A stretch of DNA of 64,000 nucleotides from a bacterium (GTDB lineage: Bacteria > UBA8248). The notes beneath the pieces are model-generated. The model saw nothing but the letters and a program-made list of their open reading frames with translations, did not search any database and had not been told where the DNA came from. Below are positions 51,875 through 62,983 of this stretch, one piece after another (position 1 is the first letter of the stretch; every line of letters begins with the position of its first letter). The stretch lies in contig OY843592.1 in assembly GCA_963692865.2 (NCBI GenBank), positions 192,001 through 256,000 on the forward strand, read 5' to 3'. Both the position numbers and the translations under genes were made by a program.

Positions 51875-52660
51875 ATGCCCACAGAATTATCTTCTTCACG
51901 AAAATTGCGCTCTCTGATGGACATCTCTCCCGGCGATATGGTCTGCGTCATGGGCGCCGGCGGCAAGGCCACGCTCATGAAACGACTCATCCGGGAGATG
52001 CTCGATGAGCCCTTTCCCGTCATCATCACCAGTACGACGAACCTCCACGCACTGGGCGGCGAAGACACACCACCCGTTCTGATGAGCGAGGAGGGTCGCG
52101 CAGAGCTGCAATCCGTCGCCCAAGACTGGTCGGGGCGCGGCGCCGTCGTCTGGGTGGAGAAAAAACTGCCCCAGAATATGTTTCGCGGCCTCGATGCGAG
52201 CCAGGTGGAAGCGCTGCACGCTTCGGGTTTTGACGGCGTGATGGTCGTGAAAACCGACGGCGCCAGGAAACGGCTCATCAAGGCCCCGGGAGCAGGTGAG
52301 CCGGTTATTCCCGAAGGGGCGACGCACTGCGTACTCGTGTTGGGACTGACCGCAATTGGACGAAAAGCGGATGAGCGCATCGTCCATCGCATGGAAAGGG
52401 TTCGTGCCATTGCTGATTTGAAGCCTGGAGAGTCCATCAAAGCGCACCATTTAACTATGTTGGCGAGTCACCCGGAGAGTTATCCTGGTCGGATTCCAAA
52501 AAGCGCAAAGCGGATACTCTACCTGAGCCATTGCACTTCCCCAAAAGCCCTTCAGGACGCACAAACGATATTCGAGGCTGCCCCGGACGGCATTTACGAT
52601 TACCTCCTCACGGGAGATTCTATTGCGGGAAATTTTTACAGCAGGGGGCAAGACCAATGA
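51875..52660 (+). CDS. yqeC: Selenium-dependent molybdenum hydroxylase accessory protein YqeC
   Basis: GAGGK, ITSTT, DGARKRLIKAP..EPVIP. Confidence 0.8.
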   Translation: MPTELSSSRKLRSLMDISPGDMVCVMGAGGKATLMKRLIREMLDEPFPVIITSTTNLHALGGEDTPPVLMSEEGRAELQSVAQDWSGRGAVVWVEKKLPQNMFRGLDASQVEALHASGFDGVMVVKTDGARKRLIKAPGAGEPVIPEGATHCVLVLGLTAIGRKADERIVHRMERVRAIADLKPGESIKAHHLTMLASHPESYPGRIPKSAKRILYLSHCTSPKALQDAQTIFEAAPDGIYDYLLTGDSIAGNFYSRGQDQ

Positions 52661-53814
52661 TCGGCGCGGCCACCATCAGAAAAGCGCTTGAAGCCAGACA
52701 AGAGGAAATCATCGAGCAAATCGCCCACGTGGTAAGCATCGATTCTCCGACGTTTCCCAGTACTGGAACGAACGCCGTCTCCTCCCATTTCGCTGAAAAA
52801 TATCGCGCCATGGGAGCTGACGTAGAGATGATACCCGGCACGCACGAAACGGGAGATCATCTTTTGGCGACGTTCCATGGCGCAAGAAAAGATGGGCCCA
52901 AAATTTTTTTAATCGGACATTGCGACACCGTTTTTCCGGAAGGAACCGCCACCCAAAGGCCGTTCACCATCAGGGACGGGATTGCCTACGGCCCCGGGGT
53001 GGCCGACATGAAGGGGTGTCTGGTGGTATGTCTATCCGCGATGGAAGCGCTACTGGCCGCAGGATTCGAGGATTTCGGGAAAATTCAGATTTTATACGAC
53101 ACCGATGAGGAACGTGGGAATCCTTCCTCCAGAGAAGTGATAGAGCAAATTGGAAAAGACGCCTCCGCCGCGTTGGTCATCGAGTCTGGGCGCGCAAACG
53201 GCTCCATCGTATCTTCGAGAAAAGGAAGTTGCTACGGAAAATTGACTGTCAATGGCGTCTCGGCCCATGCAGGGGTAGATCCTCAAAAAGGGAGAAGCGC
53301 CGTGCATGAACTCGCCCATAAAATACTAGCCATTCAAAACCTGGAGCAAATTGGCGGAACCATCAATATCACCGGTTTATCGGGTGGAGACAGGCCGCAT
53401 ATTGTGGCGGATGAGGCTACCTGCCACGTAGAGATGCGTGCAGAGCGGCAGCCAACCCTCGACTCCATGACGGATGAACTGCGCCGCATTATTTCCGATT
53501 CGCACATCGACGGGACACGTTCAAGATTTGAAAAAATCAGCGGGAGGCCAGCCATGGAATGCAACCATGCGACGGAAAAGCTTTTGTCTACTGCTGCGGA
53601 AATCGCCCATGATGCGGGCGTCAAACTTCAGCATGGCCCTACCGGCGGGGGTTCGGATGGGAATTATCTCTCTCCGCTTGGAGTTGCGGTTCTCGATGGG
53701 CTGGGCCCTGTAGGTGGAAATCTGCATACAGAGGAGGAATACTTGGAACTCGACTCCATAGTTCCTCGAGGCGCGCTGCTTGGCGGGTTGGTCGAGCGCT
53801 TATCTTCTGAATAA
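52657..53814 (+). CDS. M20 metallopeptidase (glutamate carboxypeptidase G2-like)
   Basis: GHCDTVF, GPGVADMKG, DEERG, GGSD, LHT.EEY. Confidence 0.92.
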   Translation: MIGAATIRKALEARQEEIIEQIAHVVSIDSPTFPSTGTNAVSSHFAEKYRAMGADVEMIPGTHETGDHLLATFHGARKDGPKIFLIGHCDTVFPEGTATQRPFTIRDGIAYGPGVADMKGCLVVCLSAMEALLAAGFEDFGKIQILYDTDEERGNPSSREVIEQIGKDASAALVIESGRANGSIVSSRKGSCYGKLTVNGVSAHAGVDPQKGRSAVHELAHKILAIQNLEQIGGTINITGLSGGDRPHIVADEATCHVEMRAERQPTLDSMTDELRRIISDSHIDGTRSRFEKISGRPAMECNHATEKLLSTAAEIAHDAGVKLQHGPTGGGSDGNYLSPLGVAVLDGLGPVGGNLHTEEEYLELDSIVPRGALLGGLVERLSSE

Positions 53815-53831
53815 GGCCGACTCGGGATTTC

Positions 53832-55097
53832 CTACCCTTCCAAGGGAATTCCGACTTCGGAACGGGGTTTGGGTCCCGCAACCACCCCAGCATCAAGCAA
53901 GTTATCTATCTTCTCGTCGCTGAATCCCAGGAAACCTGACAAAATCTCGCGGGTATGCTCGCCGTGCAAAGGGGCCGGTCCTTGCACCTTGCCCGGATGC
54001 TCGGAAAATTTGGGGGGAACACCGGTAGTGTTCATTTTACCCAGAAGCGTATGGTTCGTTTCCACCACCATCTCTCTGTGACGAACCTGCTCATCTTCGA
54101 GCGCTTCGCCGACATCATAAACCGGGCCGCAGGGAATCCCTTTTTCCTCCAGTAATTTCAGCCACTCATCCCCGTTTCGTCTGCAGAGATACCGCTCCAA
54201 TATGGGGATGAGCTGATCGCGATTTTTCGCGCGGTTCGGGATGTCGACAAATCTCGGATCATTCGCCAGTTCAGGGGCCTCAATGATATCACAGAAATAA
54301 CCCCAGAACCGATCGCTCGTCACCCCGATGATGATTTCCTTATCCTTGGCCTTGAGCGCCTGATAGGGAACGATTTGAAAATGGGCCGAACCCCACCTCT
54401 CGCTCATGCTGCCATCCATGAAATAGCAGCCGCTCAGGTTGGTGAGCAGAGACACGCTGCTGTCGAGAAGAGACAGATCGATGTATTGCCCCCTGCCCGT
54501 CTTCTCCCTGGCGAACAATGCGCTGCTTACGCTATAAGCCGCCCACATGCCCGCCGTGAGGTCGCTGAGCGGAACCCCGGCCTTGCAAGGTCCGCCGTCG
54601 GGTTCGCCCGTTGCGCTCATGATGCCGCTCATCGCCTGGCCGACGATGTCAAAACCCGCGCGTTCCCGATAAGGGCCCGTCTGTCCGAAGCCGGAGACGG
54701 ACACGTATATCAATCTAGGATTCAAGGCGGATAGCGTCTCATACCCGACGCCCAGGCGCTCCACGACGCCGGGGCGAAAATTCTCGACAACCACGTCCGC
54801 CTTTTTTGCTATGGCGCGGGCAATCTCGAGGCCTTCGCTTTTTTTGAGATCGACCACGATACTCTTCTTGCCGTGGTTCACACCCAAGAAATAGGCGCTT
54901 TCTCCTTTCTTGAAAGGAGGGCCCCAGGTGCGGGTTTCATCGCCGTTTCCGGGAGATTCGAGCTTGATGATTTCCGCACCCAGATCCGAGAGCATCGTAG
55001 TGCAAAATGGCCCGGCGAGGATTCGGGACAAGTCCAACACGCGAATTCCCTTCAATGGTCCCTGTGCGTTCATCACCCCATCCTGAGTAACAAGCAA
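53832..55097 (-). CDS. CoA-transferase family III (CaiB/BaiF)
   Basis: RVLDLSRILAGPF, ENFRPG, SGFGQTGP. Confidence 0.93.
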   Translation of the reverse strand: MLVTQDGVMNAQGPLKGIRVLDLSRILAGPFCTTMLSDLGAEIIKLESPGNGDETRTWGPPFKKGESAYFLGVNHGKKSIVVDLKKSEGLEIARAIAKKADVVVENFRPGVVERLGVGYETLSALNPRLIYVSVSGFGQTGPYRERAGFDIVGQAMSGIMSATGEPDGGPCKAGVPLSDLTAGMWAAYSVSSALFAREKTGRGQYIDLSLLDSSVSLLTNLSGCYFMDGSMSERWGSAHFQIVPYQALKAKDKEIIIGVTSDRFWGYFCDIIEAPELANDPRFVDIPNRAKNRDQLIPILERYLCRRNGDEWLKLLEEKGIPCGPVYDVGEALEDEQVRHREMVVETNHTLLGKMNTTGVPPKFSEHPGKVQGPAPLHGEHTREILSGFLGFSDEKIDNLLDAGVVAGPKPRSEVGIPLEG

Positions 55098-55334
55098 GAA
55101 GATTTTTGCGAATGTATAGAATGTGCAAAGACGCGGGGCAGTCTGTCAAGGAATCTTGATGAAATTCAGCGTGCATTTCCCGGCATCTGGATGTCGTCAA
55201 AAAAGCCTCTGCGAATTCGCGCAGACGCGTAGGACGAGAAGCGCAAACTCCAAGACCCGGTTCGAAAAAAGGACCAGCTCTCAACAAGGGAGCGCTTGGC
55301 TCATGCGGTGCGCCACCCATTCATGACGAAAATT

Positions 55335-56363
55335 TCAGGCAGAAAAATGCTCCCAGGCGAGATTTTCCAGCGCGAAAATCCCATCTGCGCGTTTGAGGGA
55401 AATCCCTTCAGGAGCCGGTACTATTTCTCCGATGGGGGTGAGCGGCGCCCCTCTCGATTGTCGGACGACTTCCTGAAGCGTTCCTACGGATTCAGCGGGC
55501 GTCGTGACGAGAAGTTCGTAGTCTTCTCCGCCGTGCAGCGCCCACTCGCTGGGCTTTTTCTCGGCGACAGAGGCTACTTCGAGCAAGGTGCTGGAAACGG
55601 GTAATTCCGATTCCCAAAGGATAGCTCCCGTCCCGCTTGCCTCGCACAAGTGACGGATATCGCCCGCCAGCCCATCGCTGATGTCCATCATGGCGTTGGC
55701 CAGCCCCGATTCCGCGATAGCTACCCCCTCCGCAACACGGGGCCGCGGCTCAAACTGCGCGCGGGTGAGCGAGGCGCGCAAGTCTTCTCGGAATTGGATG
55801 TGCGGTGCGGAGGACAAGTGAAGCCCCGCTGCGGCATCGCCCAAATACCCTGTCACCAAAATCCTGTCTCCCACGTGAGCACCGCTTCGGAGAAGAACTT
55901 TCTCCTCCATCATTCCGCCGACGAGGAACACGTCGACGAACAAAGGACCACTCGTTCGCGTGACGTTTCCGCCCAATATCAAAATGTCGTACTGCTCCGA
56001 GAGCGCGCGGACCCCACCATACACGTCGTCAAGAAACGAAACGGGCGTCTCTTCGGGTATCCCCAATGAGATGAGAGCAAAACGCGGCTTTCCCCCCATT
56101 GCCGCCACGTCGCTCATGTTCACCGCCAGCGACTTGTAGCCCACGGCGAAACCGGAAACATCCCATGTGGACGGGAAATGCACGCCGCCGACCTGCGCAT
56201 CGCACGTCACAACCCAGCACTTCCCCTCTGCCGCCTTGATGACGGCCGCATCATCCCCGTTCCCGACGATGACGTCCGCATCGTTTCCGATCGAGCCGAG
56301 TTTGTTTCTCAGGCGTTCTATAAGGGCGAACTCGCCAATATCTCTCGCCGATCCTCCGCTCAT
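55335..56363 (-). CDS. thiL: Thiamine-monophosphate kinase
   Basis: GEFALI, GDDAA, NMSDVAAMG, DISDGL, GGEDYEL. Confidence 0.95.
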   Translation of the reverse strand: MSGGSARDIGEFALIERLRNKLGSIGNDADVIVGNGDDAAVIKAAEGKCWVVTCDAQVGGVHFPSTWDVSGFAVGYKSLAVNMSDVAAMGGKPRFALISLGIPEETPVSFLDDVYGGVRALSEQYDILILGGNVTRTSGPLFVDVFLVGGMMEEKVLLRSGAHVGDRILVTGYLGDAAAGLHLSSAPHIQFREDLRASLTRAQFEPRPRVAEGVAIAESGLANAMMDISDGLAGDIRHLCEASGTGAILWESELPVSSTLLEVASVAEKKPSEWALHGGEDYELLVTTPAESVGTLQEVVRQSRGAPLTPIGEIVPAPEGISLKRADGIFALENLAWEHFSA

Positions 56364-57004
56364 CTCCCCGCCCTCTCGATGCGCTTGCGCAACTCCCTGG
56401 TCGCGGCTTCAGGGTCGGACGCTCCCATCACCGCGCCGATAACGGCGACGCCCGAGGCGCCGGCTTCGATGACGGGTTCCACGTTCTCGGCGCCGATTCC
56501 CCCGATGGCGACGGCAGGCATGCCGGGGGCATGTTCGATTATCCGCCGGAATCCTTCCGGCCCGATCGGCGCCCTCGCATCGGCCTTGCTCCCCGTCGCA
56601 TATACAGGGCCTACACCGATATAATCCGCATTCTCGGCGGCGGCCCGCGATGCCCATTCGGGTTTTCCGGCTGTAACGCCATAAAACAACGTATCTCCCG
56701 CCATCGCCCTGGCCCTCGAAATCGGAAAATCCTCCTGCCCCAGATGCACCCCGTCCGCGCCACAGGCCATGGCAACGTCCACCCGATCGTTCACCGTAAA
56801 AGCGCAGCCGGTTCCTTCCAGAACCTCCCGCAGTTCATCCCCCAGGCGAATCATCTCTAAGCCGCTTAAGTTTTTCTCTCGAAGCTGTACCATGCCGGCC
56901 CCGTTCGTCGCGGCTGCCCGAACCGCGTCTTTCAGCTTCCATCCGGAAGCCTGTGACAATATCTCCCGGTCGGTGATGACTATCAGCGACAGGTCGAATT
57001 TCAT
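56360..57004 (-). CDS. thiE: Thiamine-phosphate synthase
   Basis: QLREK, NDRVD, GVHLGQED, VAIGGI. Confidence 0.95.
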   Translation of the reverse strand: MKFDLSLIVITDREILSQASGWKLKDAVRAAATNGAGMVQLREKNLSGLEMIRLGDELREVLEGTGCAFTVNDRVDVAMACGADGVHLGQEDFPISRARAMAGDTLFYGVTAGKPEWASRAAAENADYIGVGPVYATGSKADARAPIGPEGFRRIIEHAPGMPAVAIGGIGAENVEPVIEAGASGVAVIGAVMGASDPEAATRELRKRIERAGR

Positions 57005-57194
57005 GGCGTCCTCCGAGAAAGCAAAAGCAAATCTACCACGTTGATAATGAAATACGACTACTATGACAAGCAAGACAATCCATGTTGAGGCATGCGTTCA
57101 TTTGTGAAGGAGACATCCAAAGATACCGAACGTATCTCTTGCACATTTCTTCTATGCTTGAGAACCTCCTCCCCTATCATCAGAGGAGGACGCC

Positions 57195-57794
57195 ATGAAC
57201 TGGATTCAACCCATTTCCCCGGATGACGCGGAGGGGGCCACAAAAGAAATCATCGATGACCTGCGCAAGACGGGAAAACCCATTCCCAGGATGTTTCTCG
57301 AGATGGGCTGGAGACCCGATATTCTGGCCGGGCGCGAAACGCTCCGCCGCGCCGTTCATGGCGGCTCGAGTCTCGGCACGAGGCGGGCGGAGTTGCTCGC
57401 TTTCTACGTGGCGGCCCACGGGGGGTGATACGGCTGAGCGATGAACCACGGGCAGTTGTTCCGTGACGAATGCGATGACGCCTCCACCGCCGAAGTGGCC
57501 GAGGTGCTGGACGACCCGAAGCGAGCGGGAATCCTCGACCCGGCGGACCGCGCCATGCTCGCCTATGCGGAGAAGTTCACCCACGCACCCCACCAAATGG
57601 AAAAAGCGGACATCGAGCGGCTCAGGGGCGCCGGCTTCAGTGAGGAGAACATCGTGGACATCATCGCGGCCGCGGCCTACAGAAACTTCGCCAATTCGAT
57701 CAACTACGCCTTTGGGCACGTGGAGCAAAATCCCGAAGGACCCGAAGAGTTGCAGACCACCATCCAGAGGTTGAAAAAGAAAATTCGTGGCTAA
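57195..57794 (+). CDS. AhpD/CMD-like peroxidase-related protein with two in-frame TGA (predicted UxxU selenoprotein, 199 aa)
   Basis: The track ORFs 57195-57428 and 57441-57794 are in one frame, separated by TGA TAC GGC TGA at the family CxxC position, followed by H. Confidence 0.8.
57447..57465 (+). promoter_or_regulatory. Candidate bacterial SECIS hairpin
   Basis: CACGGGC-AGTT-GTTCCGTG; loop has G in second position and starts 16 nt after the second TGA, 25 nt after the first. Confidence 0.5.
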
Positions 57795-58530
57795 CAAATC
57801 ATGCGCCCTTTCATCCATATCGTATGTGGGTCTGTTCATATCCGGCGCTTGCGCGCTGGCCGCCATGGCGTCCGGGCTGGGCCATCGCTGGGAATTGTGG
57901 CATTTCAGCACGGGATTCCAGATTTTCAAGTCCGCATCCGTCATCGCGCTGCTCTCCGTTGTCGTATCCATGGCTGGAGGCCTGTTCGCCTTGCGCGACG
58001 CTTCCAGGCTCAAGACGTTGGCCGCCGCCCTTGGCATCGCATTGGGTTTCACCGTAGCGGGCTTCCTTCACGCGCACATGCAGATCGCGAGACGGGTGCC
58101 CAAGATCCACGACATCACGACGGACACCCAAAACCCTCCCGCTTTTCAAGCCGTCATTCCACTACGAAAAAATGCAAAAAACCCGCTCGTTTACGAAGGA
58201 ACACGCATCGCCCGGCTTCAGAAAAAAGCGTATCCGGACATCAAGTCACTTCCTTTCCAAATTTCAAAAGAAGAAGTTTTCAAACGCGCCCTGGACGCCG
58301 CGCACGCCATGGGTTGGCATGTGGTGTCATCCAAACCGACAGCAGGACGCATCGAGGCCTATGACACGACTTTCTGGTACGGCTTCATTGACGACATCGT
58401 CATACGGGTTACGTCGAGCAGTGGAACGACGCGCCTCGACATTCGCTCGAAATCCCGCGTGGGCGTAGGCGACATCGGTGCGAATGCCAGGCGAATTCGT
58501 GGATTTTTCGAGAAACTGAAAGTAAGATAG
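57787..58530 (+). CDS. DUF1499 membrane protein
   Basis: IHDITTD, AYPDI, GFIDDIVIRV, DIRSKSRVGVGDIGANARRI. Confidence 0.88.
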   Translation: MANKSCALSSISYVGLFISGACALAAMASGLGHRWELWHFSTGFQIFKSASVIALLSVVVSMAGGLFALRDASRLKTLAAALGIALGFTVAGFLHAHMQIARRVPKIHDITTDTQNPPAFQAVIPLRKNAKNPLVYEGTRIARLQKKAYPDIKSLPFQISKEEVFKRALDAAHAMGWHVVSSKPTAGRIEAYDTTFWYGFIDDIVIRVTSSSGTTRLDIRSKSRVGVGDIGANARRIRGFFEKLKVR

Positions 58531-58603
58531 ACTCAAAGTCGCAACTTCTGTCGGCGGGGATTCGTCGTGGAATAATGCCTTGCAAAGCGCGATGAGGGGT
58601 CAC

Positions 58604-60931
58604 ATGCCCGACTATGAGGTTCTAGGCAAGTCCATACCGAGGCTCGACTCTGCAGAGAAAGTTTCCGGATTCGCCGATTTCGGCGATGATTTGAGGAGGC
58701 CCGGCTGCCTCACCGCGAAATTGCTCCTGAGTCCCCACCCCCACGCCGAAATCAATAAAATCGACACCACCGATGCCTTGAAGATTCCCGGCGTGCGCGC
58801 CGTCGTCACGGCGGACGATTTTTCCGGCATCCGCCACGGCAGGCTCGTTCGCGATGAACCGCTGCTCGCCGTCGACAAGGTGCTTTACGTCGGCGAGCGC
58901 GTGGCCGCCGTGGCCGCCGAAACCCCCGAAGCCGCGCAAGCAGCACTCGCGAAAATTCATGTCGATTACAAGGTGCTCCCCTCCGTGTTCACGACGGACG
59001 ACGCCATGAAGGAAAACGCCCCGCTTCTGCACGACTCACTGGATGATTACGCATCGTTTCCGGGTATCGTCCGCTACGGAAACGTGGCCGCCGATATTCT
59101 CATCCGCTCCGGCGAACCCATAGAAACCGCGCTCGCGCGCGCGGATTTCGTATTCGAGGACGAATACGAAACGCCCCGCGTTCACCAGAACTATCTCGAA
59201 CCCCGCGCCATGCTTGCCGAGCCCGGACCCGAGGACAGCACGATAGTCTATTCGCCCACCCAGGCGGCTTTCGTGGTGCGCGCCATCGCCTCGGAGATAC
59301 TCGAACTTCCGATGAACAAACTGCGCGTCATAAGCACCCACGTGGGAGGCGCTTTTGGCGGCAAATCCCAACATTTGATGGAAGCCCTGGCTGTTCTTTT
59401 GAGTAGAAAGTCGAATAGGCCCGTTCAATTGACTCTCAATCGCGAGGAGGAAACCATCACCGGAAACCCGAGGCACGCTTACCGCATGCGCTATCGCACG
59501 GGCGTGACGCGGGAAGGGAAAATCATCGCGCGCCACGTGCAAATCACATCGAACAACGGCGCATATTGCATGACGGGACCCATGGTGTTGGGAAAATCCT
59601 GCTACACCAGCGCGGGGCCATACAAAATCCCGAACGTCAGGGTCGATGGTCTGCTCGTGTATACGAATCTTCCGCCCAGCGGCTCCTACCGGGGATTGGG
59701 CGTGGCGCAGGTCGCTTTCGCTTGCGAGCGCCATATCGACCGCATCGCTTCGGAACTGGAAATGGACCCGCTCGCCTTTCGAATCCTCAACGGGATGGAT
59801 GAAAACGACGAGGACCCCGCGGGCACGATTCTACAAAGCGTAAGCATCAAGGAAACGCTCGAGCGCGCGGGCAAGAAGGCGGGCTGGGGAAAGCAGAAAA
59901 AGGAAAACCAGAATGGCAGAATCAGGCGCGGGATGGGCATCGGCTGCGCTCGCTATCCCACGGGCGGGGGAGCGTCGGGAGCCGTGGTGAAAGTGAACGA
60001 GGACGGGGGCCTGGCCGTGCTGGCCGGGTGCGCCGATCTGGGTACGGGTGCGGCTACCGTGATGGCGCAGGTGGCGGCGGAAGTTCTTGGAGCCGAGATC
60101 CAAAAGGTGAGCGTCCGCATCGCCGACACCGAAACCACGCCCTTCGACGCCATCTCCGCGGGCAGCCGCACCACGTTCAACATGGCGCACGCCGTGCGCA
60201 TGGCGGCGGAAGACGCCCGCGAGCAAATGCTTCGCCAGGCGGCGCGCATACTCGAGTCCTCCCCCGAAGACCTGGACATCGGCGAAGAAAGCATATTCGT
60301 ACGGGCGGCGCCATCGCGCGCCATCGCGTTCGCCGAGGTGGCGTATTCGGCCGTATGGAAAGGCGACGGCCCCGTAACCGGCCGCGGCTCCTACCGCGGA
60401 GAGAATCCACCCCATCGCACGGACAACGTACGCGGACACCCGGAGCCCTCGAGGCCCGGGCCCGAATTCGCGACCCAAATCGCCGAAGTCGAAGTCGATA
60501 CCGAGACGGGAGAAACCAGAGTCCTGAGAATCACCAGCGCGCAGGATGTCGGCTTCGCCATGAACCCCCTCACCCTGAACGGACAGATAGAGGGCGGCAT
60601 CGCTCAGGGACTTGGCTGGGCTCTCGCAGAGCAGATACACGACGAAGAGGGTATCATCGAACATGCGGATTTTGAGAGCCAACTCAATCCCACCAGTCTG
60701 GACGTCTCGGAAATCGAAAGCGTGATCGTGGAATCACCCGACGTGGAAGGCCCCTACGGGGCCAAAGGGGCTGGTGAGATGCCGCTCATTCCGGCGGCGC
60801 CCGCAATTGCGAACGCGATCGCCGACGCCATCGGGGACCCGGCCAACCCGAACCTCAACAGGCTGCCGATTGCGCCGGAGGACGTCGTTCGCGCGGTTCG
60901 TGAAAAAAACACCGCCGAATCGTTTTCCTAG
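58604..60931 (+). CDS. Xanthine dehydrogenase family molybdopterin-binding subunit
   Basis: GGAFGGK, YRGLG, AGSR, QIEGG, GAKGAGE. Confidence 0.93.
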   Translation: MPDYEVLGKSIPRLDSAEKVSGFADFGDDLRRPGCLTAKLLLSPHPHAEINKIDTTDALKIPGVRAVVTADDFSGIRHGRLVRDEPLLAVDKVLYVGERVAAVAAETPEAAQAALAKIHVDYKVLPSVFTTDDAMKENAPLLHDSLDDYASFPGIVRYGNVAADILIRSGEPIETALARADFVFEDEYETPRVHQNYLEPRAMLAEPGPEDSTIVYSPTQAAFVVRAIASEILELPMNKLRVISTHVGGAFGGKSQHLMEALAVLLSRKSNRPVQLTLNREEETITGNPRHAYRMRYRTGVTREGKIIARHVQITSNNGAYCMTGPMVLGKSCYTSAGPYKIPNVRVDGLLVYTNLPPSGSYRGLGVAQVAFACERHIDRIASELEMDPLAFRILNGMDENDEDPAGTILQSVSIKETLERAGKKAGWGKQKKENQNGRIRRGMGIGCARYPTGGGASGAVVKVNEDGGLAVLAGCADLGTGAATVMAQVAAEVLGAEIQKVSVRIADTETTPFDAISAGSRTTFNMAHAVRMAAEDAREQMLRQAARILESSPEDLDIGEESIFVRAAPSRAIAFAEVAYSAVWKGDGPVTGRGSYRGENPPHRTDNVRGHPEPSRPGPEFATQIAEVEVDTETGETRVLRITSAQDVGFAMNPLTLNGQIEGGIAQGLGWALAEQIHDEEGIIEHADFESQLNPTSLDVSEIESVIVESPDVEGPYGAKGAGEMPLIPAAPAIANAIADAIGDPANPNLNRLPIAPEDVVRAVREKNTAESFS

Positions 60932-62206
60932 TTTTTCAGTTCGAATTTCTCATCATAAATGTCAAAATTCGATGAAGCCGCGATGTTCCGGGCCTGCGTG
61001 ATGAGCTTGCGCGACAGATTCGAGATGTCGGGATTTTTGAGAAATTCAATGAAGAAATCGTAATAAAAAGCATCGGGCCGCACTTGGACACGCACCCTTA
61101 GCCTCGCCGCATCCTCTCTTCGTCCCCTCTTGTACCGAAACGTGATGGATTTTGGGGGAGGAATGCGCGTGTCATGGATTTCACGGCTGAAATCGGACGA
61201 GAGTTTCCGCTTTATCAAGTTGATTTGCCTCGAACCCGGAATGGTTCGCCCGTATTTATCCTCAAGTTCGGTGATCACATCCACGGAAGGCGTGATGCAG
61301 GTAGGAAAATAGTGGCCTGCTCCTGAATTCGTGAGCTCAATCTCGGCCGTCCCGATTTCCCCGTGCGCTTCCGCTCCCACCTTGACGTCTATCCGCACGG
61401 CGCCCTGGGTCATATCCTTGCCATGTATGCTCCGCCACAGATGCGCCCGCCCGGGCATGTGGCAATTCTGGCAGGCGACCCCTTCCTTGCCCCAAAGCGA
61501 GTTTTTCCATTCGTAATAGGCATTCTGAATCGATTTCCCGTTCGGCCCGGGAAACGCGTGCTGGTGACAACCCATGCAAAATTCAGAGCGGCTGAAAAAA
61601 AGCGTGCGCTCCACACCGGCATGCGGGCCATCGCTTGTTGTATCGTCTACGCCTTCGGGGGTCTCTTTCCTCCGGGATCATGTACGCGCCAATCACGTAC
61701 ATGGCATGCGGCGCAGGCCAGCCCGTGCATCTCCAGTTTCGGGTCGTGGACCGGGTTTTTCCGCCATCTCGAAAAAGAGTCCGCATCCAGCTTCGCGCGC
61801 TTTTGCTGTTCCGCCAAGGGCGCATGGCACTCGTTGCAGCTTTGTGCTTTCCCGGGATTCGTTTTCCACATATCGACGAACTGTCCATATATGCCCGGAC
61901 TCATCGCCCTGGCGTGAGGCGTGGTCCTCCATTACTTGTACCGCTCGGGATGACAACTCCCGCAACGCTCCGGCGAAAGAGAGCGTTCAGCGCCTTCGTA
62001 TGATTTCGGCGCCTCGCCTATGGGAGGCAACGGATAGCGGAAGTAATCGTTCACGAATTCCCGCCAATGCTTCCAGTTACCGGAAATCCTTTTTTTTCCG
62101 AAACTTGAACAGAGGGAAAGAAGAGGCTTTTTGACATCTTCCGGGAAAACGCCGGGAGAGTGAGAAAGAATATGGAAGCGATGAAGATCGCGAGTTTCAA
62201 GCGCAT
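60928..62206 (-). pseudogene. Multiheme c-type cytochrome pseudogene (five CxxCH)
   Basis: Signal peptide from ATG 62206; CGSCH, CNECH, CAACH, CMGCH, CQNCH split by a frameshift near the A8 run (about 62090), an in-frame TAA (about 61933) and a frameshift near 61650-61680. Confidence 0.8.
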
Positions 62207-62488
62207 TCCATGCTTCCTGCTCCGGCGGCTCGCCTGCTTGACCAGTTGCATTCCACCTGACGACACTCGTGCGGGCAAGTTCCTGAAAAAACCCGAGAAA
62301 TCGCAGCGCTGCCCCACGCCCAAATCTATTGTGGGCTTAAAGCCTTTTTTTCTCAACAGGCGCGTTGCCACATAAGGTTCATGGCTCACATCTCGGGAAA
62401 TGATATCACCCGGTATAGGTTTTACTTGCTTAATCGAATTGGATAGGGTCTGTCAGAACAATCGAACCAGACCCTACAATTCGGAGGC

Positions 62489-62944
62489 ATGATGAATCTC
62501 ACCATACGCCCCGCCACCATTGAGGACGCAGAAACGATCGTCCAGTTCAACATCGAGATGGCCCTGGAGAGTGAAAATCTGAGCCTGGAGCCCGAGAAAG
62601 TCCGCCGGGGCGTGGAAAAACCCCTCGCCGACCCTTCGCTGGGACGATATTACCTCGCGCACCGGGACGATGAGATTTTAGGGCAAATTCAGGTGACTCT
62701 GGAGTGGAGCGACTGGAACGACGCCGAGTATTGGTGGATTCAGAACGTCTATGTCGTTCCATCGGCGAGAAGACAGGGCATCTACAGGGCCTTGCACCAC
62801 CACGTCAAGAATCTCGCGGAAGCGGCGGGAGCTTGCCGCCTGCAGCTATACGTCGACGCGGAAAACGCGGCGGCCCAGGCGGTATACAAGAAGCTGAACA
62901 TGGAGCAAAGCAATTATCTGATTTTCGAGCAAATGGAAGATTAA
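62489..62944 (+). CDS. GNAT family N-acetyltransferase
   Basis: IRPATIED, VYVVPSARRQGI, N..AQAVYKKL. Confidence 0.92.
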   Translation: MMNLTIRPATIEDAETIVQFNIEMALESENLSLEPEKVRRGVEKPLADPSLGRYYLAHRDDEILGQIQVTLEWSDWNDAEYWWIQNVYVVPSARRQGIYRALHHHVKNLAEAAGACRLQLYVDAENAAAQAVYKKLNMEQSNYLIFEQMED

Positions 62945-62983
62945 CCGGAAAGGTGAAAAAACTCTCTTGAGCGTGCCCGGAGA

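Noticed and set aside
57005-57194. TPP riboswitch upstream of thiE-thiL
   Set aside because: Conserved CTGAGA/ACCTGA elements not seen.
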